59,036 bases of DNA from Pseudomonadales bacterium (GTDB lineage: Bacteria > Pseudomonadota > Gammaproteobacteria > Pseudomonadales > Azotimanducaceae), in contig JAZBPO010000255.1 of the NCBI GenBank assembly GCA_036351675.1, positions 1-59,036 of the forward strand, written 5' to 3'. This document shows, in pieces, positions 1-10,880 of the stretch; within the stretch, counting starts at the first letter, position 1, and the number at the start of each line of letters is the position of its first letter. Under the pieces are notes generated by a model. That model was not told the DNA's origin. It worked only from the letters and a program-made list of their open reading frames with translations, and made no database searches. Made by a program: the position numbers and the translations under genes.

Positions 1-106
1 CGTACCGACCGGCGTCGTCGAAGCAAGGACGCGCCCCGACCGGGCAAGGACGACGCCGGTCCGGTGGCGGTTGACTGCGGCCCGGCAGTTCGCCTTGATC
101 GGCGCC

Positions 107-667
107 ATGAACGAATCCCTCGACGTCACCGGACTCCTCGTGGCCTGGCGCGACGGCGACGAGGCCGCCCTCGATCGTCTCTCTCCGCTCCTCTACTCGG
201 AGCTGCGACGCCTCGCGGGCAGCTACATGGCGCGGGAGGCGCCGGGCCATACGCTGCAGGCGACGGCGCTCGTGAACGAGGCCTTCGTCCGCCTCGTGGA
301 TGCAGACGTCGCCTATCGGGATCGTCGGCACTTCTTCGCCCTGGCCGCGCGCATGATGCGGCGCATCCTCGTGGACCACGCTCGCGCCCGGGAGCGCGAC
401 AAGCGCGGCGGCAGTGTCGTCGCCGTGTCCTTCGACGAGGAACTGCACGTGCCCGCCGGGGCCAGCGATGCGGCGTCGATCCTGGAACTCGACGAGGCGC
501 TCTCGCGGCTGGCGGAGATCGACGCCCGCATGGTCGAGGCGGTCGAGCTGATCTTCTTCGGGGGACTGACCTACGAGGAAGCGGCAGAGGTGCTCGGCAT
601 CGCCCGGAGCACGATCTTCGAGGACGTGCGCTTCGCGCGGGCCTGGTTGAAGCGAGCCATGAGCTGA
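107..667 (+). CDS. ECF-type RNA polymerase sigma factor (kinase-associated, TIGR02999-like subgroup)
   Basis: ORF 71..667. The best start is ATG 107 (MNESLDVTGLLVAWRDGDEAALDRL). Region 2-like HTLQATALVNEAFVRL and a C-terminal region-4 HTH (LTYEEAAEVLGIARSTIFEDVRFARAWL) are present. GC3 is high. Confidence 0.85.
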   Translation: MNESLDVTGLLVAWRDGDEAALDRLSPLLYSELRRLAGSYMAREAPGHTLQATALVNEAFVRLVDADVAYRDRRHFFALAARMMRRILVDHARARERDKRGGSVVAVSFDEELHVPAGASDAASILELDEALSRLAEIDARMVEAVELIFFGGLTYEEAAEVLGIARSTIFEDVRFARAWLKRAMS

Positions 668-674
668 GCGCGAC

Positions 675-869
675 CTAGCCCGGCGGCTCGTCCCGCTGCG
701 TGGCGGCAGCCTCGAGCAGTTCCCGGAGGATCCGTTCGAGTTCGGCGTCGTCGCTGCAGGCCCTGTGCAGCCATGCGCCCTGCGTCGGGTCTCCGTGCCG
801 ACAGGCGTCGCGGAACAGACGCCGCAGACGGGACCAGTGGAGTCGTTGCGTGCGGGTCTCGGGATTCAC
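675..869 (-). CDS. 64-codon ORF resembling the N-terminal segment of ECF-linked Ser/Thr kinases; possible minimal anti-sigma factor or kinase gene remnant
   Basis: GTG start. Translation reads HWSRLRRLFRDACRHGDPTQGAWLHRACSDDAELERILRELLEAA, with GC-rich third positions. The stop lies 8 nt from the convergent sigma gene stop. It sits downstream of the lipoprotein gene on the same strand. Confidence 0.45.
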   Translation of the reverse strand: MNPETRTQRLHWSRLRRLFRDACRHGDPTQGAWLHRACSDDAELERILRELLEAAATQRDEPPG

Positions 870-962
870 GCCGGCGTCCTGCCCTCTGGCGTCCGGGGAT
901 CGAGCAAGAAGGCGCGGTGCGCCGGCGCAGGGGCACGCCGACGCACCGCGAAGGGGCGTGCC

Positions 963-3900
963 TCAGTCCACGTCCGCGGAGAAGACGACCGTGACCTCGC
1001 TGCGGTCCAGGACGATCAGGTCCGCGTTGCCGTCGCCGTCGACGTCGCCGGCGAATCGGGGCGTCCGGGCCTGATTGCCGATCGTGCCCTGGTTGGTCCC
1101 GAACTCCGCGAGCCACAGCGTCCGCGGCGTGAACTCGCCCCGGTCGCCGGGGTTGAGGGCGTAGTAGACGCCGCCGGGGACGCCTGTCCGCTCCGGACCG
1201 AAACCGACGATGTCCGGGAACCCATCGCCGTTCAGATCGGCGAGATAGCGGGGATCGTTGCCGATGCGCCAGCCGTCGTTGAAGGCGAAGTCGTCGGAGA
1301 TCGGGCCCTGCGAAGGCGTGATGGTCTCCCCCTCGCTGTAGTTCGCGACGGTGACGGAGTTGGCGAAGCCGATGAGATCGTCGCCCTGCTCGCCGTCGAG
1401 GTCGACCGCCAGGCGGATGTGTCGGTCGGCGCGCCAGCCTCCGTTCTCCGTGTAGCCGTTGATCGAGGAGCCGGAGCGGAAGCCGCCTGCCCGGTCGTTG
1501 AGCCGGAAGAAGGTGGCCGCGTCGCCGAAGCCGACGAAGTCGACGAAACCGTCCCCGTTGAAGTCTCCGAGGATCCGCTGATTGTTCACGCCCCAGTTGC
1601 CCGCGTTCCGGCCGAAGTTGTTCTCGACCGGGTTCCCGTTGTCCAGGAACGTGAAGCTGCTGCCGTCGGAGACCGCGAGAACGGGGCCCGTGCCCGAGAA
1701 GCCGACGATGTCGTCGAAGGCGTCGCCGTTCACGCGCCCGAGGTCCCGCGGGTATTCGCCGAAGCTCGGATAGCCCTGACCCGAGCCGAAGGCCTCGATC
1801 CAGCGCGTGGCGGGGCCGAAGGTGCCGTCCCCCTGATTCAGGGCGACATACACGCCGTCCGCCGCGAAGTGGACGATGTCCGGTGCGGCGTTTCCGCCGA
1901 CGTTCGCGAGCTGGCGACGCTGCGTCGCCTTGTCGAAGGACGTGCCGCTGGCGAAGTCCGTGGACACGCGAGTGGCGTCGCCGAAGCCGTCGCCATCAGA
2001 GAGTGCGACCCAGGTGCCGTCCGGCCCGAAGCCGATCAGGTCTACCTGGCCGTCCTGGTTCACGTCCACGGCATAGCGGGTGTCGCGGGCGTCGTCCCAG
2101 CCGTCGTCGAAGAGCATGCCGCCGATGTCGGCCGTGGTGCGGGGGCGCAGCGTCACGGTACTGGTCCGCGTCTCCGAGCCGCCGGAGGCCGTGCGCGCGG
2201 TCAGGGTGATCGTGTAGCTGCCGTCGCTCGCGTAGTTCCGGAAGACGTTGCGGATCTGGACGAAGTCCTCGCCCGGTACGGGTGCGAGTGTCGTCGGGGT
2301 CGACCCGTCGCCCCAGTCGATCTCCACCTCGGTGACCGATTCGCCCGTGGGGGGCACCACGTCGCCTTCCGCCGAGATCCGCCGGGTGGGGCCGCTGTAG
2401 CTGACGTCGATGTCGAGTATTGAAACGCCGGTCGGATCCGGATCGGTGTCGTCGTTCGTGCCGTCGCCGTCCGTGTCGGCCGCATTCGGGTCCGTGCCGT
2501 CGTCGCGCTCCCGGGCATCGCTGAGGCCGTCACCGTCGACGTCGTCGTTGAGCGGATCGGAGAACACCTGACGGGCGTCGCCGTCCACGTTCACGAACCA
2601 GCCCTCCTTGGCCTCCTCGAAGTCCGTGAGACCGTCGCCGTCGGAATCCGCATCGTCGAGGTCCGTGCCCAGCAGGAACTCCTCGCGGTCGAAGACGCGG
2701 TCACCGTCGGAGTCGCGCAGGTACACGAGCGAGATCCGGTCCCGGGGCCGCAGGACGATGTCGTCGAAGTCCGTCGTCGGGTCGTCGAGGCTGTCGCTGC
2801 TGGAGAACACGTACCAGAAACCGTCGCGGACCGAGGCGCCGGAGGCGACGCTCCGGATCGAGGACAGAGCCTCCTTCTGTTGCCCCGTGTCCTGGCCGTC
2901 CGCATCGAGCACGGGCGAGGGCTGCACCGTGTAGGGAAGCTCGAGAATCTCCCCGAGCACCCGGGACATGGGCACCCCGAGCGCCTCCTGGGTCACCGGG
3001 TCCCGATCGACGTTCGTGGCCACCATGAACTGCTCGACCGTGTCGGCGCCGCTCGGCGCGCTCGCACCGTAGTCGACGACGACCTGGGCGGTCTGGGCCG
3101 ACACGTCCTGATTCAGACGCGCGAAGCTGCGGCCATCCTCGTTGCCCACGCGATCGAGGACGTAGTTCGCGACCGTGAACTGCAGGCCCGTGGGGTTGGC
3201 CATGAGCTCCCGGAGCAGGTCCGTGGAGGCGGAATCGGTGGTCACGACCTGCTGGATCTCCTGACCGTTCGCCAGCTCCTGCGGAGTGGGCAGCTCGATG
3301 CGCAGCGTGCCGATGGGCTGGAAGGTCTCGCTGTCGGCGCCGAAGCGCTTGGCGATCACTTCCACGCGGGACAGCTCGAAGGTGAGATCGGAGACGTTGC
3401 GGATGCGCAGCGTGACCTGCAGCGAGCCGCCGGTCACGACGCGTGTGCCGGTCTGCTCGGCCGAGCGGAGCCGGCCGAATTCCTGACGCGAGTCGCGAGC
3501 CGCGGTGGAGGTCACCGAGGTGGACTTGTCCACCGTGGCCGAGGCCGAGACGCTCGCCTCGGCGCCGACCTTGGAGGACCCGCTCGGCCCCGTGATCCCC
3601 CCGGAGACCTCGGCCTCCGCGTAGACGCGGGCGCTGGCCTCGACCGTGGCCGAGGTCGCGCTCGTGTCCGACTCGGAGTAGCTCGACTGCTGCCCCTGGG
3701 CGAAGCTCGCCGTGTAGGACTCGGCGGCCGAGTTGGTCGCCGTGTCCTGCGTGTCCAGCTGGATCGTCGGGGCGCCGATGACCTCGATCGAGAGGCGCGG
3801 AATGTCCGCGACGAGCGGATCGAAGCCGCCGCTCGTGACCTCCTCGTCGTCGTCCAGGCCGTCGCCGTCCGTGTCGGCGAGGTCCGGCGACGTGCCGATG

Positions 3901-4133
3901 GATGCTTCCTCAGTGTCGGAGAGGCCGTCGTTGTCCGTGTCGGCGGTGGGCGCCGGCGGCGGTGCGGGCGGCGGTGCGGGCGGTGGCCCGGGATTGGTGA
4001 CGGGCGCCGGGGCGGCGGCGCTGCTGCCGCCGCCTCCGCAGGCCGTGAGGCCGAGGGCGGCGATGGCCAGGGCCGTGGCCAGGGCGAGGCCGGGGCGCGC
4101 TTCGTACACGCGTTCGGGTCGTTGCCGGATCAT
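963..4133 (-). CDS. Large secreted lipoprotein with thrombospondin type-3-like Ca-binding repeats, a PKD-like domain and C-terminal FG-GAP/VCBS repeats
   Basis: 1056-aa ORF. It has a signal peptide plus lipobox (LGLTAC GGGGSS), Pro-rich linker PPPAPPPAPPPAP and DTDGDGLDDDEE-type repeats. IDWGDGS...GSYTITL looks PKD-like. NGDGFxDxVGFG-type FG-GAP repeats recur in the C-terminal third. Confidence 0.85.
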   Translation of the reverse strand: MIRQRPERVYEARPGLALATALAIAALGLTACGGGGSSAAAPAPVTNPGPPPAPPPAPPPAPTADTDNDGLSDTEEASIGTSPDLADTDGDGLDDDEEVTSGGFDPLVADIPRLSIEVIGAPTIQLDTQDTATNSAAESYTASFAQGQQSSYSESDTSATSATVEASARVYAEAEVSGGITGPSGSSKVGAEASVSASATVDKSTSVTSTAARDSRQEFGRLRSAEQTGTRVVTGGSLQVTLRIRNVSDLTFELSRVEVIAKRFGADSETFQPIGTLRIELPTPQELANGQEIQQVVTTDSASTDLLRELMANPTGLQFTVANYVLDRVGNEDGRSFARLNQDVSAQTAQVVVDYGASAPSGADTVEQFMVATNVDRDPVTQEALGVPMSRVLGEILELPYTVQPSPVLDADGQDTGQQKEALSSIRSVASGASVRDGFWYVFSSSDSLDDPTTDFDDIVLRPRDRISLVYLRDSDGDRVFDREEFLLGTDLDDADSDGDGLTDFEEAKEGWFVNVDGDARQVFSDPLNDDVDGDGLSDARERDDGTDPNAADTDGDGTNDDTDPDPTGVSILDIDVSYSGPTRRISAEGDVVPPTGESVTEVEIDWGDGSTPTTLAPVPGEDFVQIRNVFRNYASDGSYTITLTARTASGGSETRTSTVTLRPRTTADIGGMLFDDGWDDARDTRYAVDVNQDGQVDLIGFGPDGTWVALSDGDGFGDATRVSTDFASGTSFDKATQRRQLANVGGNAAPDIVHFAADGVYVALNQGDGTFGPATRWIEAFGSGQGYPSFGEYPRDLGRVNGDAFDDIVGFSGTGPVLAVSDGSSFTFLDNGNPVENNFGRNAGNWGVNNQRILGDFNGDGFVDFVGFGDAATFFRLNDRAGGFRSGSSINGYTENGGWRADRHIRLAVDLDGEQGDDLIGFANSVTVANYSEGETITPSQGPISDDFAFNDGWRIGNDPRYLADLNGDGFPDIVGFGPERTGVPGGVYYALNPGDRGEFTPRTLWLAEFGTNQGTIGNQARTPRFAGDVDGDGNADLIVLDRSEVTVVFSADVD
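2431..2720 (-). repeat. Block of Asp-rich thrombospondin type-3-like repeats (DxDxDGxxDxxE) inside CDS 963..4133
   Basis: Translation gives DSDGDRVFDREE, DADSDGDGLTDFEE, DDVDGDGLSDARE and AADTDGDGTNDDTDPDP. Confidence 0.6.
3833..3941 (-). repeat. Second, N-terminal block of thrombospondin type-3-like repeats inside CDS 963..4133
   Basis: Translation gives DTDNDGLSDTEE...ADTDGDGLDDDEE. Coordinates are approximate. Confidence 0.5.
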
Positions 4134-5130
4134 GATGCTCTCCAGTCCATGTCGTCTCGAGCGCAGAGGTGCTCACTCCCTCAAGCGACGAAACGGGTCG
4201 AAGCGTCCGGCGATAGTCCTGGAGAACCAGGAAAGCTCCTGGAATCAGTAGATTGGATTCGGCTGCGGCGAGGCCGGTCCTGCGGGAGGCGCACAGTCGG
4301 GGACCCTCGCCGGTCAGAAGCCCCTGCAGCCGGGGCGAAACGGTCGGATTCCAGGCGCAAATCGTCCCGCGGCCAGGAAGGCGTCAGGACACCCAGAGGC
4401 AGGATGCCTGCTGTCTCGAACTCGGGGCTGCCGCCGGATCCGAAGTGATCCCTTCTTCGTCCATCGGCTGCTTGCTCCGCGCGGGCGTTGGTCGGGGCCT
4501 GGAGTCGTGAGCGTCCCTTCGCGCGGTGTATGGCCCAGGACGGCGGCGATAGCGCGGGACCCGCGGCGCCGGGACGGATTCCGTAGCGAGGGGGGCGGAC
4601 CTTTCGGCGTCGCATCCGACCGCTGCTCTTCGAACGACACGCGCCCGGTTCGCGCCCACGCGCTTCGACGTGAGAAGGGGCGGCAGAGCCTCCTCCTCGT
4701 GCTCGACTTCGCGCTCTGCGCCTGAAGCGCGTCCGGGGAATCGACATCGCGCCATGGCGGCTTTGCGCTAGCCTGCGTGCGGCCGCCGATCCCGAGTCAC
4801 ATCGCCGATCTGCATGGTGTTCGTTGATGGCGGGCTTCCCTGGGACGCCCTCATCAGGAAGCGGACAGTCTCCGAGGAGATCGCGGCCTGTTCGTCCGAG
4901 GCGCGTCGCTTCCGTAGTGCGATCCCAGATAGTGTCGAGTCTCCGCGCGGACCGGCAGATGCGTCCTGCTCCAGATGCACCATGGATCCCGTGGCCTCGG
5001 CTGTTCCCGGGAATGGCCGGGATCGGCAGGCATGGGGATCAGATCCGTAGCAGCTGGGAACGCTGCCCCGCCGAAACCGGCGCATGCGGCCGAACCGACG
5101 ATGACGACGGCAGGAGGATGCGATTCCGTC

Positions 5131-7014
5131 ATGTGTGGGATTCTTGGCTACGTAGGGAACGACCGCACCGTGATCGATCGATTCCCCTCGGCGCTGGACA
5201 CCCTCGTCCACCGAGGGCCGGACGACTCGGGTATCTTCAGGGCCGATGGCGTGATTCTCGGCCATCGGCGCCTGTCGATAATCGATCTGTCCAAGGAAGG
5301 TCATCAGCCTTTCGTCGATGCTTCGAGCGGTAACGTCGTCACCTACAACGGGGAAATCTACAACTATCTCGAGATCAGGGAGTCTCTGGAGACCCTGGGT
5401 CACGACTTCCGGTCTGCTTGTGATACCGAGGTGCTCCTCCACGCGTACCGTGAATGGGGAGAGGCGTGCCTCCAGAAATTCAACGGGATGTTCTCCTTCT
5501 CGATTCTCGACCCCGAGAAGAAGAGACTGTTCTTCGCGCGCGACAGATTCGGGGTCAAGCCGTTCTATTACACTCGCGTGTCCGGCTTCATCTTCGCGTC
5601 AGAGCCGAAGGCGATCCTGAAGCTCGATCCGAGTCTGGCGAAGCCCGACCTTCGCGCACTGTACGAGTTCCTGCAGTTCGGGAGGCTCGGCGGTTCGGAG
5701 AGAACCTTCCTGGAGAACATCGAGTCCCTGCTCCCTGCGCACTATGGAGTGCTCGACCTCTCTAGCGGGAGGATCGAAACGTGTCGGTACTGGGATTATC
5801 CGGAGCAGTCGTCGGGAGAAACGGATCCCCGGAGTATCGAGGCGGAGTTCGAGCGCTGCTTCGATGATGCGGTCGCGCTTCGGACGCGCAGTGATGTCCC
5901 TGTAGGGCTGACGCTGTCGGGCGGCATCGACTCGACCGGCATTCTTGCGTCCTTGTCGAAGACTGGCGTCGAAGATCTCTCCAGCTTCACGTCCGTCTAT
6001 GGCGGTTCCGGGCCCGGCGAACTGGATTGGGCGAGGCTGGCGTGTGCGCCCTACTCGGACCGGGTGACGCTGACCGAAGTGCTGGCTGGTGCAGAAGGCT
6101 GGTTGAGCACGTTGGAGAAGATCGTCTGGCACATGGACGGGCCAGGTCTCTCGCCGGCGGTGTATCCGGTCTGGCGAGTCATGGAACGAGCGCGGCAGCA
6201 GGGTGTTCCCGTACTGCTGGAGGGGCAGGGCGCCGACGAACTGCTGGGTGGCTACGTGAACTACTCGGCCCTCGATCTGCTGGAGTCCATGAAGAACCTG
6301 CTCCGACCAGGCCGGAGAGCTTCACTACGCGAGGTCGTGAACAAGTGGCAGGCGATGGGCGACGCGTTCGGAGTGAAGCCGTCCGTCCTCTGGGTCCTGA
6401 GAGAGTCCTTCCCGTTCCTCTTCGAGATGAACAGAAAGCGGAACACGGCAGCTTACGCGCTCAAGGATTCGGTGGTCGAAAGCTGTGTGGTCTCTGGCGC
6501 TCGAAACGACATCGCCGCTTCGAAGTATCCGGATGATCCTGTCTCGGAAAGGCTCTGTTCGGATCATGCGAAGGACATACTTCCAAGCCTCCTCCACTAC
6601 GGCGACGCCATCAGCATGGCTCATTCCATCGAATGCAGACAGCCGTTCCTGGACTATCGGCTGGTGGAGTTCGTGTTCCGCCTTCGTTCCGAACAGAAGA
6701 TCAAGGGCGGCCGCACCAAGGCGCCATTGAGGGGCTATCTGATGAGAGCCGGGCAGGAGGCCATTGCCCGGCGAGCGGACAAGGTCGGGTACATGACGCC
6801 CGTAGATGCGTGGATGTCCAAGGACAACTGCACTGTGCTGAGGCTTTTTCTGTTGGAAGGTGCTCCGAGAATCCTGGAGTTCTGTGAGCGTGGACGGATT
6901 TCGGAGTTGATCGAGCGTTTCGGCGGCGGTGGATTCGCGCTGGGCAATCACATGTACAGGTTGCTGACGACGGAGATCTGGCTCAGGTCCCTGGCCGATC
7001 ACGGTCGATCCTGA
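5131..7014 (+). CDS. asnB: Asparagine synthase (glutamine-hydrolysing)
   Basis: MCGILGY gives the N-terminal Cys2 nucleophile at ATG 5131 inside ORF 4975..7014. The PP-loop LSGGIDS is present, and the product is 627 aa. The upstream extension of the ORF has no coding character. Confidence 0.9.
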   Translation: MCGILGYVGNDRTVIDRFPSALDTLVHRGPDDSGIFRADGVILGHRRLSIIDLSKEGHQPFVDASSGNVVTYNGEIYNYLEIRESLETLGHDFRSACDTEVLLHAYREWGEACLQKFNGMFSFSILDPEKKRLFFARDRFGVKPFYYTRVSGFIFASEPKAILKLDPSLAKPDLRALYEFLQFGRLGGSERTFLENIESLLPAHYGVLDLSSGRIETCRYWDYPEQSSGETDPRSIEAEFERCFDDAVALRTRSDVPVGLTLSGGIDSTGILASLSKTGVEDLSSFTSVYGGSGPGELDWARLACAPYSDRVTLTEVLAGAEGWLSTLEKIVWHMDGPGLSPAVYPVWRVMERARQQGVPVLLEGQGADELLGGYVNYSALDLLESMKNLLRPGRRASLREVVNKWQAMGDAFGVKPSVLWVLRESFPFLFEMNRKRNTAAYALKDSVVESCVVSGARNDIAASKYPDDPVSERLCSDHAKDILPSLLHYGDAISMAHSIECRQPFLDYRLVEFVFRLRSEQKIKGGRTKAPLRGYLMRAGQEAIARRADKVGYMTPVDAWMSKDNCTVLRLFLLEGAPRILEFCERGRISELIERFGGGGFALGNHMYRLLTTEIWLRSLADHGRS

Positions 7015-7371
7015 CGATCACTTGGCAGACGCGGGATTTCCGTGAGATTGCCGTGGATTTCCGCGTGGCGACCGGCTTCGGTGGGCGTTCCTTCGACCAC
7101 TGCTGTCGACGCGGCTTCGATTCGGACATCGGGGGATCGCAGACGTTCCCTCGCCATCCAGCGGATCCGAGGAACGGCTGACAGATCGCGGAAGACACAG
7201 GTGTGGCGGACGTCCGCGATCGTCCCGGGAAAAGGCGGGCGAGAAGGGAAAGCCGTGTGCCGTGAACGGGTCAGGCCGTCGCGTCCTGGAACGCCCTCCA
7301 TGTATGGTGGAGCCCGTGCCGGAACGGCCCGGTGGAACGCTTCTCGAACGAAGTCGGAATCGGGGACCGCC

Positions 7372-9105
7372 ATGCGTATCGCAGCATTGCTTCCGCTCGT
7401 TCTACTCGCATCGCTTCAGCAGCAGGCGGCCCTGGCAGCCGAGACCCTCGAGTACCGCATGCCGGAAGGGTTCTCCTATGCGTTCGAGAACGTCACGGAG
7501 TCGGGCTCGGTGATGGATGTCGAGGCCGACGGGCTGACCATGCCGCTCGAGCAGGAGGTGATCACGCGGACGGCGGGCAGCGTCAGCGTGCTCGCGTCGG
7601 AGGACGGCGTGCCGTCGCGGGTTCGAATCCGTTTCGCCCCGGACTGCGGCACACGATCGACAGCCAACGGCGCGACCCAGGACATGCCCTTCGCCCTTGC
7701 CGGGCGGACCATCGTCGTCGATGTGCGCGACGAGGCGATCGTCGCCGTTCGCGATATGGACGCGGGCGACCTCGTGCTGGACGAGCAGACTCGCCGAGTC
7801 GTCGCCGACATCGCGATCGCGGACGAGTCGTTGCTGCCGGGTCGGCCTGTCGCGCCCGGCGACAGCTGGGTCGCCGACATGGCGCGCGAGGAACGCTCGT
7901 CGACGCCGGTCCTCGATCTCGAAGTCGTCGCTTTCGGCGAGCAGGGTGGCCGACGCATCGCCGAGCTCGCCGCCGAGGGGACGCTCGAGGGAAGTCAGCA
8001 GGGTTTCGCCATGGCCGGCCGGCTGCGCGGTCCCATCGTCATGGACCTGGAAAGCGGCATGGCGCTGTCGTCGCGGCTGACGGGCGCGATCGATGTCGAT
8101 GGAACGCTGAACCAGGGCGGCACGATGGTCACGATGAGGGGCGTCCAGTCCATCACCATGACGTCGTCGAACCGGATCGGCGAGCGCGACCTGGCAACGG
8201 ACGCTGGACCAACCCGAACTCCGCAAGCGGGCAGCGCCGACGACTGGGTGGCGTTCCGGCATGCGTCCGGCGCCACGCTGAAGCACCCTGGATCATGGGG
8301 CGTGGAGGACGGACCCGACGGCGTACGGTTGATCCCGCCCGACACGGCCGGCAACGAGATGATCGTGGCAAGCGGCCTCGCGTCCGGAGCCGGGAGCCCT
8401 GCTTCGCAGGAGGTTGCGGCATACCTCGACTCGGCGCTCGGGCAGATGCTTCCGGGGCTGCGGCGAAGCGGGCCACCGCAGCCGGTTCCTTCGGGCAACG
8501 GACAGGGCGCCCTGTACAGCTACCGTGGCGCTCTGCTCGACGGTTCGCCGATCCTTGCCGACGTCTACGTGACGATCGAGAACGGTGTCGCACTCAGTCT
8601 GTCGGCGATCGCGCCGCCCCCGACCCTGCGCGCCCGTGGCCCGGCCTTGCGCGAGATCTTCGCGAGCATGGCGATGAGCGGATCGTCGGGGCCGGCCATG
8701 GCGGCCGCCGGCGGCGGTGTCGGGGCTGGCGGCAGCGCGAACACGGACGACGACCGCCTGATCGGCATGTTCGGTGGGGAATCGGTCCACCGCGGCAGCG
8801 GGACCTACTTCAACACCCAGCTCGTCTACGTTCTCAACGCCGACGGCACGGTGTACCACGGGGCACAGGGTCACTTCGATGCCGTCACCCGCGATTCGAA
8901 CGGCTACACGCGATGGTCGGCCTCGGGGGTCACCGACGGCAGCGTCCAGGGCGGCCGCTGGAGCGCCCAGGGCGGTGTCCTCGCGATTCGTTGGGACTCG
9001 GGCGAGCGGTCCAGCTTCGCCTATGGCTTCGAACCGGACGGTAGCCTGGTCCTGCGCAATCCGCGTACACGCGAGCTGATCAACTTCTTCGGACGCGTGC
9101 GCTAG
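7372..9105 (+). CDS. Secreted hypothetical protein
   Basis: An internal ATG at 7372 gives a clean signal peptide ([24 protein letters not shown]). GC3 is high throughout. I recognise no domain. Confidence 0.7.
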   Translation: MRIAALLPLVLLASLQQQAALAAETLEYRMPEGFSYAFENVTESGSVMDVEADGLTMPLEQEVITRTAGSVSVLASEDGVPSRVRIRFAPDCGTRSTANGATQDMPFALAGRTIVVDVRDEAIVAVRDMDAGDLVLDEQTRRVVADIAIADESLLPGRPVAPGDSWVADMAREERSSTPVLDLEVVAFGEQGGRRIAELAAEGTLEGSQQGFAMAGRLRGPIVMDLESGMALSSRLTGAIDVDGTLNQGGTMVTMRGVQSITMTSSNRIGERDLATDAGPTRTPQAGSADDWVAFRHASGATLKHPGSWGVEDGPDGVRLIPPDTAGNEMIVASGLASGAGSPASQEVAAYLDSALGQMLPGLRRSGPPQPVPSGNGQGALYSYRGALLDGSPILADVYVTIENGVALSLSAIAPPPTLRARGPALREIFASMAMSGSSGPAMAAAGGGVGAGGSANTDDDRLIGMFGGESVHRGSGTYFNTQLVYVLNADGTVYHGAQGHFDAVTRDSNGYTRWSASGVTDGSVQGGRWSAQGGVLAIRWDSGERSSFAYGFEPDGSLVLRNPRTRELINFFGRVR

Positions 9106-9238
9106 CGCGATCCTCCAGGCGCCGCCCGACGGGAACGCGCTCCTGCCGCTTCGATGGAAGCCGGTCCCGCTGGATTCGTGGCGCGCGCATACTGTTCCGG
9201 TTGGGCCCGATCCCGCGCTTCGACCGGAGAACCGCACC

Positions 9239-10861
<1,623 letters not shown>

Positions 10862-10880
10862 CCGCGCTCCGACGGGGTGC

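Noticed and set aside
765-4448. Two long plus-strand ORFs (765..2423 and 2880..4448).
   Set aside because: Both are antisense to the 1056-aa lipoprotein gene, which has a clear lipobox and repeat domains. Their translations are low-complexity.
4975-5130. N-terminal extension of the asnB ORF. Similar extensions occur at 7042..7371, 19916..20290, 28312..29874 (upper part) and 55706..56065.
   Set aside because: The mature N-terminal features begin at internal starts: Cys2 of AsnB, and signal or Tat peptides with RBS-like purine runs for the others. The extensions are Arg/Pro-rich and non-coding-like.
5131-7014. The idea that the asnB homologue is a lasso-peptide cyclase (McjC-like).
   Set aside because: It keeps the N-terminal glutaminase Cys and the full-length AsnB architecture. 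There is no B-protein, PqqD-like gene, precursor ORF or ABC exporter nearby.
7034-7063. Direct repeat GGATTTCCG x2 with 21-nt spacing, downstream of asnB.
   Set aside because: By my rough estimate, a 9-mer repeated within 30 nt is expected several times by chance in a window this size. It has no obvious association with a promoter, since the next start is about 310 nt away.
7619-7630. GGGTTCGAATCC, the canonical tRNA T-arm sequence.
   Set aside because: The flanks do not form a T-stem (GCGGG against CCGTT) or an acceptor or anticodon arm. The sequence lies inside a well-supported CDS, where it encodes RVRIRF. I take it as coincidental.
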